Source: Eledone cirrhosa
Lineage: Eukaryota
Direction of reading: 5' to 3'
NCBI GenBank assembly: GCA_964016885.1
Contig: OZ024761.1
Span: forward strand, 3,286,001-3,350,000
Length of the DNA: 64,000 nt
How positions within the stretch are numbered: position 1 is the stretch's first letter; every line of letters starts with the position of its first letter. Below the pieces are notes generated by a model. That model was not told the origin of the DNA and ran no database searches. It saw only the letters and a list, made by a program, of their open reading frames with translations. Below are positions 26,284 to 41,109 of this stretch, piece after piece. A program made the position numbers and the translations under genes.

Positions 26284-26287
<4 letters not shown>
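25550..26287. mobile_element. Non-coding inverted pLTR derivative of the intact Penelope family
   Basis: 25551-25652 / 26095-26195 inverted; homologous to 39290-39560; hammerheads at 25584-25652 (-) and 26095-26165 (+). Confidence 0.85.
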
Positions 26288-26349
<62 letters not shown>

Positions 26350-26354
<5 letters not shown>

Positions 26355-26730
26355 TGTATTATGTGTATATAAATATATAGTATGTATTATGTGTGTATAT
26401 ATATATATATAGTATGTATTATGTGTATATATATATATATAGTATGTATTATGTGTATATATAAATATATAGTATGTATTATGTGTATATATATATATAT
26501 AGTATGTATTATGTGTATATATATATAGTATGTATTATGTGTATATATATATATATAGTATGTATTATGTGTATATATATATAGTATGTATTATGTGTAT
26601 ATATATATAGTATGTATTATGTATATATATATATATAGTATGTATTATGTGTATATATATATATATAGTATGTATTATGTGTATATATAGTATGTATTAC
26701 GTGTATATATATATATATAGTATGTATTAA
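26350..26730. repeat. Minisatellite TAGTATGTATTATGTG(TA)n
   Basis: Tandem units; also at 24580-25075. Confidence 0.9.
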
Positions 26731-27104
26731 GTATGTATACATAAAAGGCAAAAAAAAACCAACAACCCCACAGGAATGAAGACTAAAGTGTAGAGATTAG
26801 CAATCATTAAGGCTGGAAATTCTCCAACTAAATCTATTTTTCATTGTAGTAGAGCTGTCTGTGGGAATTAACATGTGTGAATATACATATATACTTATAT
26901 TATACATGCACAGAAAGGTGTGTATATATATATATATACATATAAATATATAATGTGTGTGGAGATATTGTGTGTAGATATCTTTATTTATATATATTCT
27001 ATTAAGTAAATATACATGTTCAACGCACCGGAGAAATTATAGAAACCTGTGGAAAATCTTCATATAAAAGACAAAAACAAGAAAAGTTGTTTTCAATATA
27101 ACCA

Positions 27105-27200
27105 CATACATACATGTACACAGTATCACATATATATATATATATACATATATGTACACAGTATCACATATATATATATATACATACATGTACACAGTAT

Positions 27201-27280
<80 letters not shown>

Positions 27281-27401
27281 CATGTACACAGTATCACATA
27301 TATATATATATACATACATGTACACAGTATCACATATATATATATATACATACATGTACACAGTATCACATATATATATGTATACGTACATGTACACAGT
27401 A

Positions 27402-27433
<32 letters not shown>

Positions 27434-27656
27434 ACATGTACACAGTATTACATATATATATATATACATACATGTACACAGTATCACATATATATATATA
27501 TATATATATGTACACAGTATCACATATATATATACATGTACACAGTATCACATATATATATATATACATACATGTACACAGTATCACATATATATATATA
27601 TACATATATGTACACAGTATCACATATATATATATATATATACATGTACACAGTAT

Positions 27657-27708
<52 letters not shown>

Positions 27709-28020
27709 CATGTACACAGTATCACATATATATATATATATACATATATGTACACAGTATCACATATATATATATATACATGTACACAGTATCACATATA
27801 TATATATATATATATACAAACATGTACACAGTATCACATATATATATATATACATACATGTACACAGTATCACATATATATATATATATATATATACATA
27901 CATGTACACAGTATTACATATATATATATATACATACATGTACACAGTATCACATATATATATATATACATATATGTACACAGTATCACATATATATATA
28001 TATATACATGTACACAGTAT

Positions 28021-28096
<76 letters not shown>

Positions 28097-28889
28097 CATG
28101 TACACAGTATCACATATATATATATATACATATATGTACACAGTATCACATATATATATATATACATGTACACAGTATCACATATATATATATATATATA
28201 TACATACATGTACACAGTATCACATATATATATATATATACATACATGTACACAGTATCACATATATATATATATATATACACATGTACACAGTATCACA
28301 CATATATATATATATATATACATACATGTACATAGTATCACATATATATATATATACATAAAAGTACACAGTATCACATATATATATATATACATACATG
28401 TACACAGTATCACATATATATATATATACATATATGTACACAGTATCACATATATATATATATATATACATGTACACAGTATCACATATATATATATACA
28501 CATACATGTACACAGTATCACATATATATATATATACATACATGTACACAGTATCACATATATATATATATATACATACATGTACACAGTATCACATATA
28601 TATATATATATATATACACATGTACACAGTATCACACATATATATATATATATATACATACATGTACATAGTATCACATATATATATATATACATAAAAG
28701 TACACAGTATCACATATATATATATATACATACATGTACACAGTATCACATATATATATATATACATATATGTACACAGTATCACATATATATATATATA
28801 TATACATGTACACAGTATCACATATATATATATACACATACATGTACACAGTATCACATATATATATATATACATACATGTACACAGTA

Positions 28890-28920
<31 letters not shown>

Positions 28921-29043
28921 CATGTACACAGTATCACACATATATATATATATATATACATACATGTACATAGTATCACATATATATATATATACATAAA
29001 AGTACACAGTATCACATATATATATACATACATGTGCACAGTA

Positions 29044-29075
<32 letters not shown>

Positions 29076-29089
29076 ACATGTACACAGTA

Positions 29090-29121
<32 letters not shown>

Positions 29122-29248
29122 ACATGTACACAGTATCACATATATATATATACACATGTACACAGTATCACATATATATATATATATATATACATACATG
29201 TACACAGTATCACATATATATATATATATACATACATGTACACAGTAT

Positions 29249-29316
<68 letters not shown>

Positions 29317-29440
29317 CATGTACACAGTATCACATATATATATATACATACGTGTACACAGTATTACATATATATATATATATACATACATTTACACAGT
29401 ATCACATATATATATATATAAACATGTACACAGTAACACA
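27105..29440. repeat. Minisatellite CATACATGTACACAGTATCACA(TA)n
   Basis: Dozens of tandem units with a variable (TA)n linker. Confidence 0.95.
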
Positions 29441-29506
29441 TACATATATATATCGGAGGAGACCGAATGTGTGGCTGATTAGGTAAACATTTATACATGC
29501 ATGTTG

Positions 29507-29572
<66 letters not shown>

Positions 29573-29885
29573 GGATTAACAAATAATAGTTAAATGCAGT
29601 CCACTTATGCAGTCCAGTTATGGTATTCCAGGTAGTGGATGATATTAACGCTTGGCTTGGTTTGACTCAACAAGGCGTTTTCATAGTGATGCTGCGGGTA
29701 TGCTGTAATTCGTATGTTGTAAACACTTGGAGTAATAATAAATCAGGAAAGAAGGTTTACATGGTTTGCTATACAAAAAAGTTTTTAATCACATAGCTTA
29801 CATTTGTTTCACTGAACTGGTCTGTCTAGAGATCGCTATCCGCCTAATTTTGCGTCACTCGATCGCCAATACAGAATTATAATAT

Positions 29886-29954
<69 letters not shown>

Positions 29955-30317
29955 TTACTTGGGGAGGGTCATATTTGTGTAATAATATTGCCAGAATTAA
30001 TAACAGAACACACTCACTGTTTGGTTCGTTTTCGCTTCTGTGTCTTTTATATCGGTTAACTTAATTATTCGGTCCTCAATGCTGCCATTGACTGACCGAA
30101 GGTCAAAAATAATACAGATACAATATAGACACGAACACATATATATAGTCTAACAAAGTTCTTTGCCCAAGTAAAACAATATTTGTTTCGACACACGATT
30201 TCACATCAAAAACCTCTCAAAACTAATTCGTCGCCGTTATATATATATATATATATAAAATAAAGTACCAGTAATGAACTGGGATAATTGCTGGCCTCGT
30301 GCTAAAAGTAGAAACAG

Positions 30318-30356
<39 letters not shown>

Positions 30357-30399
30357 CATACATATATATATATGTATGTACATATATATATGTACATAC

Positions 30400-30462
<63 letters not shown>

Positions 30463-30469
<7 letters not shown>

Positions 30470-30835
30470 ATACTTTGGGAGGGTCATGTTGCCAATAAGA
30501 AACACACGCACCAGTTGGTTCACTTCAATTTAGTATAATAAATTTATAAATTTATAAATTTCTGGTTGGTTGGTTGGTTCCACAACCAGATAGTTGTTTA
30601 TATATTGTCATAGTTCTTTCGTCACACACTATGTGACCTCTTCAGTGACTGGGGATTCTTTTCTTTGTTTTTTGTGCCTCTCCTTTGTTCTGTCCTACGC
30701 CATTTTATATAATTTGAAGTGAAAGCATCTGGTGCGTGTATTTCTTATTGGCAACATGACCCTCCCAAAGTATAACAATATCGGTTTCAACACACGATTT
30801 CAGATAAAGAACCTTGCTAAACAAATTCAGAAACG

Positions 30836-30840
<5 letters not shown>
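30463..30840. mobile_element. Inverted-end element (family E) with hammerhead
   Basis: 30463-30535 / 30705-30781 inverted; minus 30607-30649 GTCA-CTGAAGA-GGTCACATAGTGTGTGAC-GAAAGAACTA-TGAC; relatives at 29950-30240 and 60700-60882. Confidence 0.8.
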
Positions 30841-30888
<48 letters not shown>

Positions 30889-30897
<9 letters not shown>

Positions 30898-31162
30898 TGA
30901 TGAGCAGAACAAACAAACATTAAACAATCCTTTAAATAAATTAAAAAATAATTTAAATATTTACCTGTTCATAATAGCATTATGAACAGGTAAATATTTA
31001 AATTATTTTTTAGTTTATTTAAAGGATTGTTTAATGTTTGTTTGTTCTGCTCATCAATTTTTATAGTTCTGGTATCTCGAATTAGTACCATAGAACAACA
31101 ATTATATTGTAGACACGTATATATCTCAGTGTGTACTTAGTGCTCAATGAGATATTTACCTC

Positions 31163-31168
<6 letters not shown>
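30889..31168. mobile_element. Fold-back element (family F)
   Basis: Near-perfect palindrome 30889-31065; related to 49352-49706. Confidence 0.7.
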
Positions 31169-31207
<39 letters not shown>

Positions 31208-31442
31208 TACAGTTATATGTATATATATATATACATGTACATACATATATATGTATATATTATATATACATGTACATACATATATATGTATATATATCAA
31301 TATATGTACATGTACATACATTTATATATATATATATACATGTACATACATATATATGTATATATATATATATATGTACATGTACATACATATATATGTA
31401 TATATATATATATATATGTACATACATATATATGTATATATA

Positions 31443-31560
<118 letters not shown>

Positions 31561-31579
31561 TACATATATATGTATATAT

Positions 31580-31664
31580 ATGATGGCTGCCCCTTCGTTA
31601 TCGAGTATGGCCATTGCACGAGAAAAAAAAATAATAATAATAGTAATAAAAAAAATAAAAAAAT

Positions 31665-31702
<38 letters not shown>

Positions 31703-33170
31703 TACATACATATATACATATGCATACACATACATATACATATATTAATAACAATTATAATAATAATAATGATAATAACAACAATAATAATAACGACAAC
31801 AACAACAATAATAATATACATATACATATATATTTACACACACACGCACACATAAACATATCTACACACACACACACACACGATAGCAACTAACAGCGCT
31901 GCGATCGAATGTGGCTTTTTAGCCCAGCCAATGATCTAAAATGTCTTGCACAGAGTCGGCAACCAAAACATTCACTGGGAATAGCCGGCTGTGGTTGGAG
32001 TTCATGTACTTTTACGTGTCGCCTGAGCCCTCCTGCTGATTTACATTCTCTACCACATGTTTAGCAAGCATGATGAGTAGCATCTCCAACAGCAGCCTGG
32101 TAGTCAACCACTGGTCTTACTTTATGACTGCGAAGATGACTTTCGAGTCCAGCTTTGCTTAGGCAGAGTATCGCACAGACGCTGCATGTCAGCGCCATAG
32201 GAGGACCTTCGCCGTCTGGAAGTGCAACAGCAATACCCTTCCTCACATCCCGCTTTACTTTCTCGTATGCGATTCGAGATGCCTCAAAGGCAACTTTTCC
32301 CTCATATACAGTATTTCTCCATTTATTACGATCAGCAGCAACATTTTCCCATGTATCAGCAGAGATGTTAGCGTCTTTCAGAGAGGCTTTCAAGGAATCC
32401 TTATACCTCTTTTTGGGGTTTATGTGGCGGTCGTTTTCCTTTAATTAACTCTCCATAAAAGAGTTGTTTTGGTATTCTAGAATCATTCATCCTGGCAAGG
32501 TGACCACTCCAACGGAGTCGTTGCTTAAGCACAAGAGCTTCTATACTGTCACACATAGAGCTTTCCAAAATCTCGACATCACTGATGTGGTCCCTCCAGT
32601 GAACGCCATGGATCCGTCTGAGACACATCTGATGGAAACGCTCCAATTGCTTAAGGTGGTGTCGATATGTGACCCAGGTCTGGCAGGCATAAAGAAGACA
32701 AGAGAGCACACATGCCTTGTAAACCTTTACCTTTGTCCCCCTGCATATATCTCGCCGACCCCAGAGTCGCCTTTCTAGCTTTCCGAAAGCATCACTTACT
32801 TTCCTAATCCTAAGTGAGATTTCACTGTCAAGGTTGCTGTATCGATTAACAGTGCTTCCCAGGTAGACAAACTGATCAACCACTCAAAGTCGTTTACCAT
32901 ACACATAGATATTTGGTTCAGTGTACTGCTTACCAGGGGCAGGTTGGTACATGACGACGGTTTTCTTGAGACTGACAGTCAATCCTAGGGCAGTGCAAGC
33001 GTCAGAAAATGCATTCAAAATGTGCTGCATATCACTCTCTGTGTGCGCTACAAGATCGCAATCATCTGCATACAAGAGGTCTCTTATGATTGATGTAAAT
33101 ACTTTTGTTTTTGCAGCAAAGCGCCTGATGTTAAATATGCTGCCTGAGGTTCGATATCGGATGTAAACAC
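31580..33170 (-). mobile_element. 5'-truncated RTE/BovB-like LINE with C-terminal C2H2-type motifs
   Basis: DLLYADDCDL, FVYLGS, LRWSGHLARMNDSRIPKQLFYGEL, CSVC..LESHLRSH, CGREC..LRRHVKVH; probable 3' end at 31580-31621 separated by a microsatellite block. Confidence 0.92.
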
Positions 33171-33171
33171 A

Positions 33172-33223
<52 letters not shown>

Positions 33224-33254
33224 TACATATATATGTATGTATATATATATATAT

Positions 33255-33742
33255 ATGAAATACGTAAAATAAGAAAATTATAAAAATCAACTTACTTACT
33301 AAAATTTCACTCCAACTAATTAGTTTCTGTAAGGGAATAAACATGGTTTCGGAATGGAACCACAGAGAAAATCCTTACGTCATCAGGGAGTCTATTCTCA
33401 GCTAAGTTCCCAGGCAATGCGTGGACACAGGGAACTTATACAAAAATAATTCAGTGGATGGAAAAAAGCGAGCGGGGACTAAATTCCAAGACATTGAAAA
33501 AATCACTGCCTACTTGGTCGGTGGCAAATTCAAAAGAATCAATCACGTGACACTGAGATTAATCAGTGAGGAGTGGGGTGCTAATAAGACAGGAGCCTGA
33601 CCACTAGCCTGAACCATAGCAATAGTTTTGGCAAATGTTTGCTCAACAAATAATTTGGAGATAATTATAAAGAATTAGTATATCTACCAACATATATATA
33701 CAGATGCATACCTATGCTAGCAAATATATAGGTTTTGTCTTA
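33255..33742 (-). mobile_element. Second retrozyme-like copy with hammerhead at 33310-33390
   Basis: Collinear with 21347-21840; CTCC-CTGATGA-CGTAAGG...CCTTACA-GAAAC-TAATTA-GTT-GGAG. Confidence 0.8.
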
Positions 33743-33785
33743 ATATATATATATATGTACATACATATATATGTATATATATATA

Positions 33786-33854
<69 letters not shown>

Positions 33855-33857
33855 ATG

Positions 33858-34079
<222 letters not shown>

Positions 34080-34094
34080 CATATATATGTATGT

Positions 34095-35222
34095 TCAGTC
34101 GCAGAAAATGGGGCCCTCTCAAAGAAAACACCAATAACAAGTGGGGTGCCCCAGGTGACAGTCCTGGGACCACTACTGTTTTTGGTGGCTCTCTCAGACA
34201 TGCCCTCTGTAGTACATACAACAACGTCCCTCACTAGCTATGCTGATGACACTAAGGTAGCACAGGCAATCAAAAACCCGGCTGACGCTGCCCTTTTACA
34301 ACAAGATCTAGATGCCATATACAAATGGGCGGAAGAAAACAACATGCAGTTTAATGCTGGCAAATTCCAAGCCCTACAATATAAACCTCCAAACAAACCT
34401 GCAAACACAAATATAGTGCAACACATCTACACAGGACCAGGAGGGACCGATATCCCCGTGTCAAAATCGATACGAGACCTGGGCTTAGACATGAGCCATG
34501 GTGCATCTTTTTCCTCACACATCATGAAAGTGGCGACAATGTGCAGACGACTCGCTGGCTGGATCTTGAGGACTTTCCGGACAAGAGACCGAGACACCAT
34601 GTTGACACTATGGAGGACATTTGTCCTAAGCCGCCTGGACTACTGCTCCCAGTTGTGGTCACCCCACGGAGCTTGAGGAAATCCAGCGAAGCTACACCAA
34701 GAGGATTGCCAGGATGAAGGAGACAAGCTACTGGGAGAGGCTAAAGGAACTGAACCTCCACTCCTTGGAACGAAGACGGGAGAGATACGCAGTGATCTAC
34801 ATGTGGGAAATCCTGGATGGACTAGCACCGAACTTTGGCATTGGGAGCTAGACCAACCGTCGAACAGGACGGCACTGTGTGGTGCCAAAGGTCCCGTCTT
34901 CCACATCTAGAATAAGGAGCAAGTATTGCACTAGCCTGGGATTCAAGGGCCCTCAACTCTTCAACAAGCTGCCGAGGGATCTGAGAGATTTGCATGACGT
35001 GGAGGTGGATGTCTTCAAGAAACATCTCTTCACCTTGCTATCCAGGATCCCGGATGAGCCCACAGCAAGGCACGAGGGAAACCTAAGGGCAGCAGCAACA
35101 AACTCCCTCTTACAGCAGTGGCTAACCTATACAGGCTGGAGATAACATGTGTAGCAACAAGGGCGGTGCCCCAGCATGGCCTCAGCCGGATGGCTGAAAC
35201 AGGTAAAAGAGTAGAAGAGTAA
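34095..35222 (+). mobile_element. 5'-truncated CR1-group LINE
   Basis: [31 protein letters not shown]; 3' end GGCGGTGCCCCAGCATGGCC..CTGAAAC with a repeat tail. Confidence 0.92.
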
Positions 35223-35260
35223 TATATATATATGTACATACATATATATGTATATATATG

Positions 35261-35336
<76 letters not shown>

Positions 35337-35376
35337 CATACATATATATGTATATATATATATATATACATACATA

Positions 35377-35428
<52 letters not shown>

Positions 35429-35438
35429 CATATATATG

Positions 35439-35475
<37 letters not shown>

Positions 35476-35506
35476 AGATCAAAAGATGGTTAAAGGAGTT
35501 CAATAT

Positions 35507-35575
35507 ATTTTATTATGCGCATTTCAAAAACAAACATCATCAAACAATAATATTTGTGTTTTCATCAGATAAAAC
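35507..35575 (-). ncRNA. pLTR hammerhead (identical copy at 39412-39480)
   Basis: Minus: GTTTTAT-CTGATGA-AAACACAAATATTATT..GATGATGTTTGTTTTT-GAAA-TGCGCATA-ATAAAAT; palindromic stem III. Confidence 0.85.
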
Positions 35576-36812
35576 AGGAGAACATGATATGTAGGCTAAA
35601 AAAACACTTGTTGATAGTGCAGTTTTAAATCAACATATGAAAAGTGGTTTTAGATTGATGTGTGATATTGGGAAAAATATTTTATTTAGAGAGGGGGGGA
35701 GAGAAAAGGATGAAAAGGGAAGGAGATGAGAGGGAGAGATGGGTGATAGAGAGAAAGAGATAGTTTTTATAACAGAGAGGAGATATATTTTATATAGAGG
35801 GGTTGAAAACCGTTGGAAGATACTGTATAAATTAAAAATTTTGAAAATTAACGAAGGGAGGATATGTGCGAGGAAAAAATATATTATATTTAGGGAGGGG
35901 TGGGGGTGGAAAGGATGAAAAAAAGGGGAGGAGATGAGAGTGAAGGTGGAAAGGGAGAGATGGGTGATAGAGAGAAAGAGATAGTTTTTATAACTGAGAA
36001 AAAGATATAATGTTTTAATATAGAGAGGTTGGGAACCGTTGGAAGATAATGTATAAATTAAAGGAATTTGAAAATTAACGAAGGGAAATTATGTATGGAG
36101 ATAGAGAGAAAAAATAACGAAGGGAGATTATGTATGGAGATAGAGAGAAAAAAAAAAAATAATAATTGTGGGTGAATATTCAAAAGGAGAAATGTAGGAA
36201 TTTTAAAATTAGCAAAGAGAAAAAGTTTATGTATAGGATTTGAGAAAAAAATAATGTGAAGTTAGAGTTTTTATATTGAATTCATATGTATTAATAATGA
36301 GTTCGTTGATGGGGAGAAAAAAATAATAATAAATTAAGGATGAAATTGAGATTAAAAAGATTTATGATAGAGAGAAAAAATAATAATGATTGCGGATGAA
36401 TACTCAAAATGTCAAAAACAAATGTTATTGTTTTACGAGGAGATATAATGAGGGTGATGAGTAAACGGGTATTATAGAGTGTATAATGCCCTTTAAAGTA
36501 AGGTAGATGGGTATATTTTAAAGAATATATGAGTATATATTAAAAAAAAAATATATAATAATAAATTAAGGATGAAATTGAGATTAAAAAGATTTATGAT
36601 AGAGGGAAAAAAATAATAATGATTGCGGATGAATATTCAAAATGTCAAAAACAAATGTTATTGTTTTACGAGAAGATAAGATGAGGTAAATGAGTAAACG
36701 AGTACTATAGAGTGTATAATGCCCTTTAAAGTAAGGTAGATGGGTATATTTTAAAGAGGTGTATGTATATGTGCCTTTGAGAAAAGATTCTAAATTGATA
36801 AAGAATTGAATA

Positions 36813-39266
36813 TTAACTGTATACTTTGTGAAAAGTTCTATGGAATTTATGCAGGCAGATGGAAAACAAATCCGAGCGTCTATTTATTATGGTAGAGATA
36901 ATGGTAAATTTTTCATTTAGGCAGAGATTACAGATTTTAGATAGAGAACTGTTCAAGTACGAGGATGCAGAAGAAATCTTTTTCCAAAAGATGTTATATT
37001 TAATGTTTTTGTCTTTTAAGGACCATATGAGTTCTGAGAGAGCAGTGTTAGTTCTTTTAAGTTTGTATTTGAAAGATGAATGATGATTATAGAGACGAGC
37101 TTTAAAAGAGGTGGAAGTGGAGCCAAAATAGGTGAAGGAGTTGGTGCTAGTTATAATTTTACATTCATAAATTAAGTTTTTATCGAGGCAATGGTTGTTG
37201 AGAGGACATTTATTTTTAATGCGGCAGTTGCAATTAGAGAGATTATTAATGAGTGATCTAGTGTTATCTATAGAAGGAATTGGATTGGAGAAGTTGTTTG
37301 CGATAGGAATAATAGGAATAATAGTTTCTTGATTTAGAGTTGGATTATGAACATTTAGCGAAGTTGTGTTTGACGTTGCATTTGGGTTTACAGAAGTTAG
37401 CCTAGGGTTTACAATGACGTCAGGAGTACTATTATTGTTATTATGAGATTCAATATTGGAAGGAAGAGATTTAGTATTTAATATTTTGTTGTTGTGTTTA
37501 GAAATGATGTTGGAAATATTGGAGGATGTAGAATACGAAAATTTAATGGTGTGTTTGTTAAATATTTTACTATAGATATGTGAGGGAGGGAAGCATTTAT
37601 TTAAGGCACTAAAAAATAATTTAGGAATATTGTTATTAATAGAGATGGAGAAAGGAGCATTGTACCAGATTATGTTTTTGTATCTAGGTCTTTTATTAAA
37701 ATTATTGGAATGGTTATGATTAAATATTCTACTGTAAGTTTTCCTAGAATTTGTTTCTTTATTATATTTGATTTTATCTGGATAGCCGGCTTTAGAAAGT
37801 GCGTTATTATAGTAATTGGCGTTAGCATCAAAGATGTTTTTATTAGAAGATATGTTAGATATTCTATTTCCAATATTATTAACTATAGCATTCTTGATAT
37901 TGGTAGGATGGTTAGATTTAAAGTTAACATAATTAAGATTCTCATTGTTTTTATGGTAAGGGTAATATAGGCCAGTGTCAAGATTAAGAGATACATCCAA
38001 GAAATTAGCTAGTTTGGTACTATTATCAAATTCTATTTTTAGGTTATGTTGGTTAAAGAGATTACGTATATTGTTCTTAATAATATTAAGTTTAACTATA
38101 TTGCAATTTAGGATAGTAAAGAGTCCATCGTCACGATAAATTCCACCGCGAAGTTGAGGAATTTTCCGACTCAAAGAGTTCAAAATGAAGATACCAATTA
38201 AATCAGTCAATTGGGATGAATCGGATGCTCCCATTGTGATGTCGAAGTTGTTAGAGGTATCGGCTCTGGTCCAATATTCGTTGTTGAACTCTAGGATGGT
38301 TTTACGTGCGGTGAGGATGATGTGAAGTTCATCTGTGGTGATGTCAGAATATTTAAGTGCGAAAGATAGAGCATTATTGAGAAGTGAAGGCGAAATGGAG
38401 GAATAGTAGCTGGCAATATCGAATTGAATAAATTTTAGTTTGTTTTTATTATCCAATTTGTTGAACCAGCCAATCACTTCAGAAGTACCAAACCATAAAT
38501 TTAGGTTTAAAGAAGAGCAATTAGAACTAACCTGTGGGATAATCCTATCCAAGATGGCTTTACTAACAACCCCCAGATCAGATTTAGAGGGGGCGATTAA
38601 TCTAACAGGTAGTTCAGTGCGAAAATTGTTTTTGTGATCCTTGAGATTTATCCTCGGAGTTCTTGGGAGGAGTGGTTCGGTCTTTTTTTCAATGCCAAGT
38701 TTTGACATAATCTCATAGGCTTCAAGGTTTATGCATTCTAAATTTTCATGGTTGGTTTTACGATACTTTTTCCTAAGTTCCTTTAGGATAAGGTTGTTAT
38801 AATTATCCTTGGAAATACCATATAGGTTATTGGTTTTGTCAGAGTGGACTAAAACATTTTTTGAGGAATTTAGGTTAGAGATTGTGTTCTTGAGATTTAC
38901 AAGGTGCTCTTGTCCTTTGTAAGGGTATCTCTTGAATTTAAGATTTTTTATAATTTTAGTTAATTCTTCCTCGAATTGAGCTAGATTTTTGTTGGAAGGA
39001 GGATTTCGTCTGGAATTAAAAAGATGATCGAGGAAGTTGTGTTCTTTGGTATGAAAGTTCCCTTTTAGGCGCTGGTCATAGAAATAGGCTGTCCATCTAA
39101 GTCTTCTTACGAAGGAGTCAGTTTTTTCAATAAGAAGTTTGGTGAATTCAGATTTACCAGGTATAGGAATGTCTTTAGTAGAATTGGTTATGTTGTAATA
39201 ATCCATGTTGTAGAAGAAGAGGTGAAGGACCATCAAAAGGTATCCAATATGAGAGTAAGCGCTCAA
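36813..39266 (-). CDS. Penelope-like reverse transcriptase + C-terminal GIY-YIG endonuclease (Naiad-like); likely ATG start at MDYY ~39206
   Basis: STKDIPIP..RLRWTAYF N-terminus; IQFDIASYYSSI; TMGASDS; IYRDDGL; CNCR..CPL..C; LIYEC..YFGSTSTSFKARLYNH; CNLCLNEK; CLH. Confidence 0.95.
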   Translation of the reverse strand: MSAYSHIGYLLMVLHLFFYNMDYYNITNSTKDIPIPGKSEFTKLLIEKTDSFVRRLRWTAYFYDQRLKGNFHTKEHNFLDHLFNSRRNPPSNKNLAQFEEELTKIIKNLKFKRYPYKGQEHLVNLKNTISNLNSSKNVLVHSDKTNNLYGISKDNYNNLILKELRKKYRKTNHENLECINLEAYEIMSKLGIEKKTEPLLPRTPRINLKDHKNNFRTELPVRLIAPSKSDLGVVSKAILDRIIPQVSSNCSSLNLNLWFGTSEVIGWFNKLDNKNKLKFIQFDIASYYSSISPSLLNNALSFALKYSDITTDELHIILTARKTILEFNNEYWTRADTSNNFDITMGASDSSQLTDLIGIFILNSLSRKIPQLRGGIYRDDGLFTILNCNIVKLNIIKNNIRNLFNQHNLKIEFDNSTKLANFLDVSLNLDTGLYYPYHKNNENLNYVNFKSNHPTNIKNAIVNNIGNRISNISSNKNIFDANANYYNNALSKAGYPDKIKYNKETNSRKTYSRIFNHNHSNNFNKRPRYKNIIWYNAPFSISINNNIPKLFFSALNKCFPPSHIYSKIFNKHTIKFSYSTSSNISNIISKHNNKILNTKSLPSNIESHNNNNSTPDVIVNPRLTSVNPNATSNTTSLNVHNPTLNQETIIPIIPIANNFSNPIPSIDNTRSLINNLSNCNCRIKNKCPLNNHCLDKNLIYECKIITSTNSFTYFGSTSTSFKARLYNHHSSFKYKLKRTNTALSELIWSLKDKNIKYNIFWKKISSASSYLNSSLSKICNLCLNEKFTIISTIINRRSDLFSICLHKFHRTFHKVYS

Positions 39267-40408
39267 CCGTTAAGGAGCAAGTAAATGTAGGAGGTGAGTT
39301 TTATTGTAGTACAATAAAGCAATGCAGATATCGGATAAGAAGCACTCTACAGTTTGTGGGACTGGAGTATGCATAATATAAGATCAAAAGATGGTTAAAG
39401 GAGTTCAATATATTTTATTATGCGCATTTCAAAAACAAACATCATCAAACAATAATATTTGTGTTTTCATCAGATAAAACAGGAGAACATGATATGTAGG
39501 CTAAAAAAACACTTGTTGATAGTGCAGTTTTAAATCAACATATGAAAAGTGGTTTTAGATTGATGTGTGATATTGGGAAAAATATTTTATTTAGAGAGGG
39601 GGGGGAGAGAAAAGGATGAAAAGGGAAGGAGATGAGAGGGAGAGATGGGTGATAGAGAGAAAGAGATAGTTTTTATAACAGAGAGGAGATATATTTTATA
39701 TAGAGGGGTTGAAAACCGTTGGAAGATACTGTATAAATTAAAAATTTTGAAAATTAACGAAGGGAGGATATGTGCGAGGAAAAAATATATTATATTTAGG
39801 GAGGGGTGGGGGTGGAAAGGATGAAAAAAAGGGGAGGAGATGAGAGTGAAGGTGGAAAGGGAGAGATGGGTGATAGAGAGAAAGAGATAGTTTTTATAAC
39901 TGAGAAAAAGATATAATGTTTTAATATAGAGAGGTTGGGAACCGTTGGAAGATAATGTATAAATTAAAGGAATTTGAAAATTAACGAAGGGAAATTATGT
40001 ATGGAGATAGAGAGAAAAAATAACGAAGGGAGATTATGTATGGAGATAGAGAGAAAAAAAAAAATAATAATTGTGGGTGAATATTCAAAAGGAGAAATGT
40101 AGGAATTTTAAAATTAGCAAAGAGAAAAAGTTTATGTATAGGATTTGAGAAAAAAATAATGTGAAGTTAGAGTTTTTATATTGAATTCATATGTATTAAT
40201 AATGAGTTCGTTGATGGGGAGAAAAAAATAATAATAAATTAAGGATGAAATTGAGATTAAAAAGATTTATGATAGAGAGAAAAAATAATAATGATTGCGG
40301 ATGAATACTCAAAATGTCAAAAACAAATGTTATTGTTTTACGAGGAGATATAATGAGGGTGATGAGTAAACGGGTATTATATATATATATATATTAATAT
40401 ATATGTAT

Positions 40409-40452
<44 letters not shown>

Positions 40453-40466
40453 TAATATATATGTAT

Positions 40467-40506
<40 letters not shown>

Positions 40507-40807
40507 TTACGCATACATATATATATACATATATACACACATATATATACATATATACACACATATAGATACATATATACACACATATATATACATATAT
40601 ACACACATATATATACATATATACACACATATATATACATATATACACACATATAGAAACATATATACACACACACATATATATACATATATACATATAT
40701 ATATATACATACATTATACACACATATATATACACATACATACATATCTATATACATACATATATATATATACATTTATACATATATATATACATAAATA
40801 CATATAT

Positions 40808-40848
<41 letters not shown>

Positions 40849-41109
40849 AATACATATATACACATATATATATATATATATATATACATATATATACATA
40901 TATATATGTGTATGTAAATATGTGTCACTGTAAAGGTGTGTATACACATACGTTACAGATACGGTGACAAAAGCCGAATATTCTATTATCCAGCGCCATA
41001 TTTAATATATGTTAAAGTGTTCCATCTTCCGCTCTGCTCCCTCCCCCCACCTCTTGTCTGTTTGTCTTCACAAAACCTATTATCGTTCAATAATGGCCAG
41101 TTTGCCAAT

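Larger units (their letters stand above)
35468..40380 (-). mobile_element. Full-length Penelope-like retroelement with ~1-kb direct pseudo-LTRs
   Basis: 35468-36475 repeated at 39373-40380 (offset 3905, no differences noticed); single ORF; (TA)n on both sides. Confidence 0.95.

Noticed and set aside
27049-29486. Repeat-spacer-like array and long Ile/Tyr ORFs
   Set aside because: The spacers are only (TA)n; it is a minisatellite
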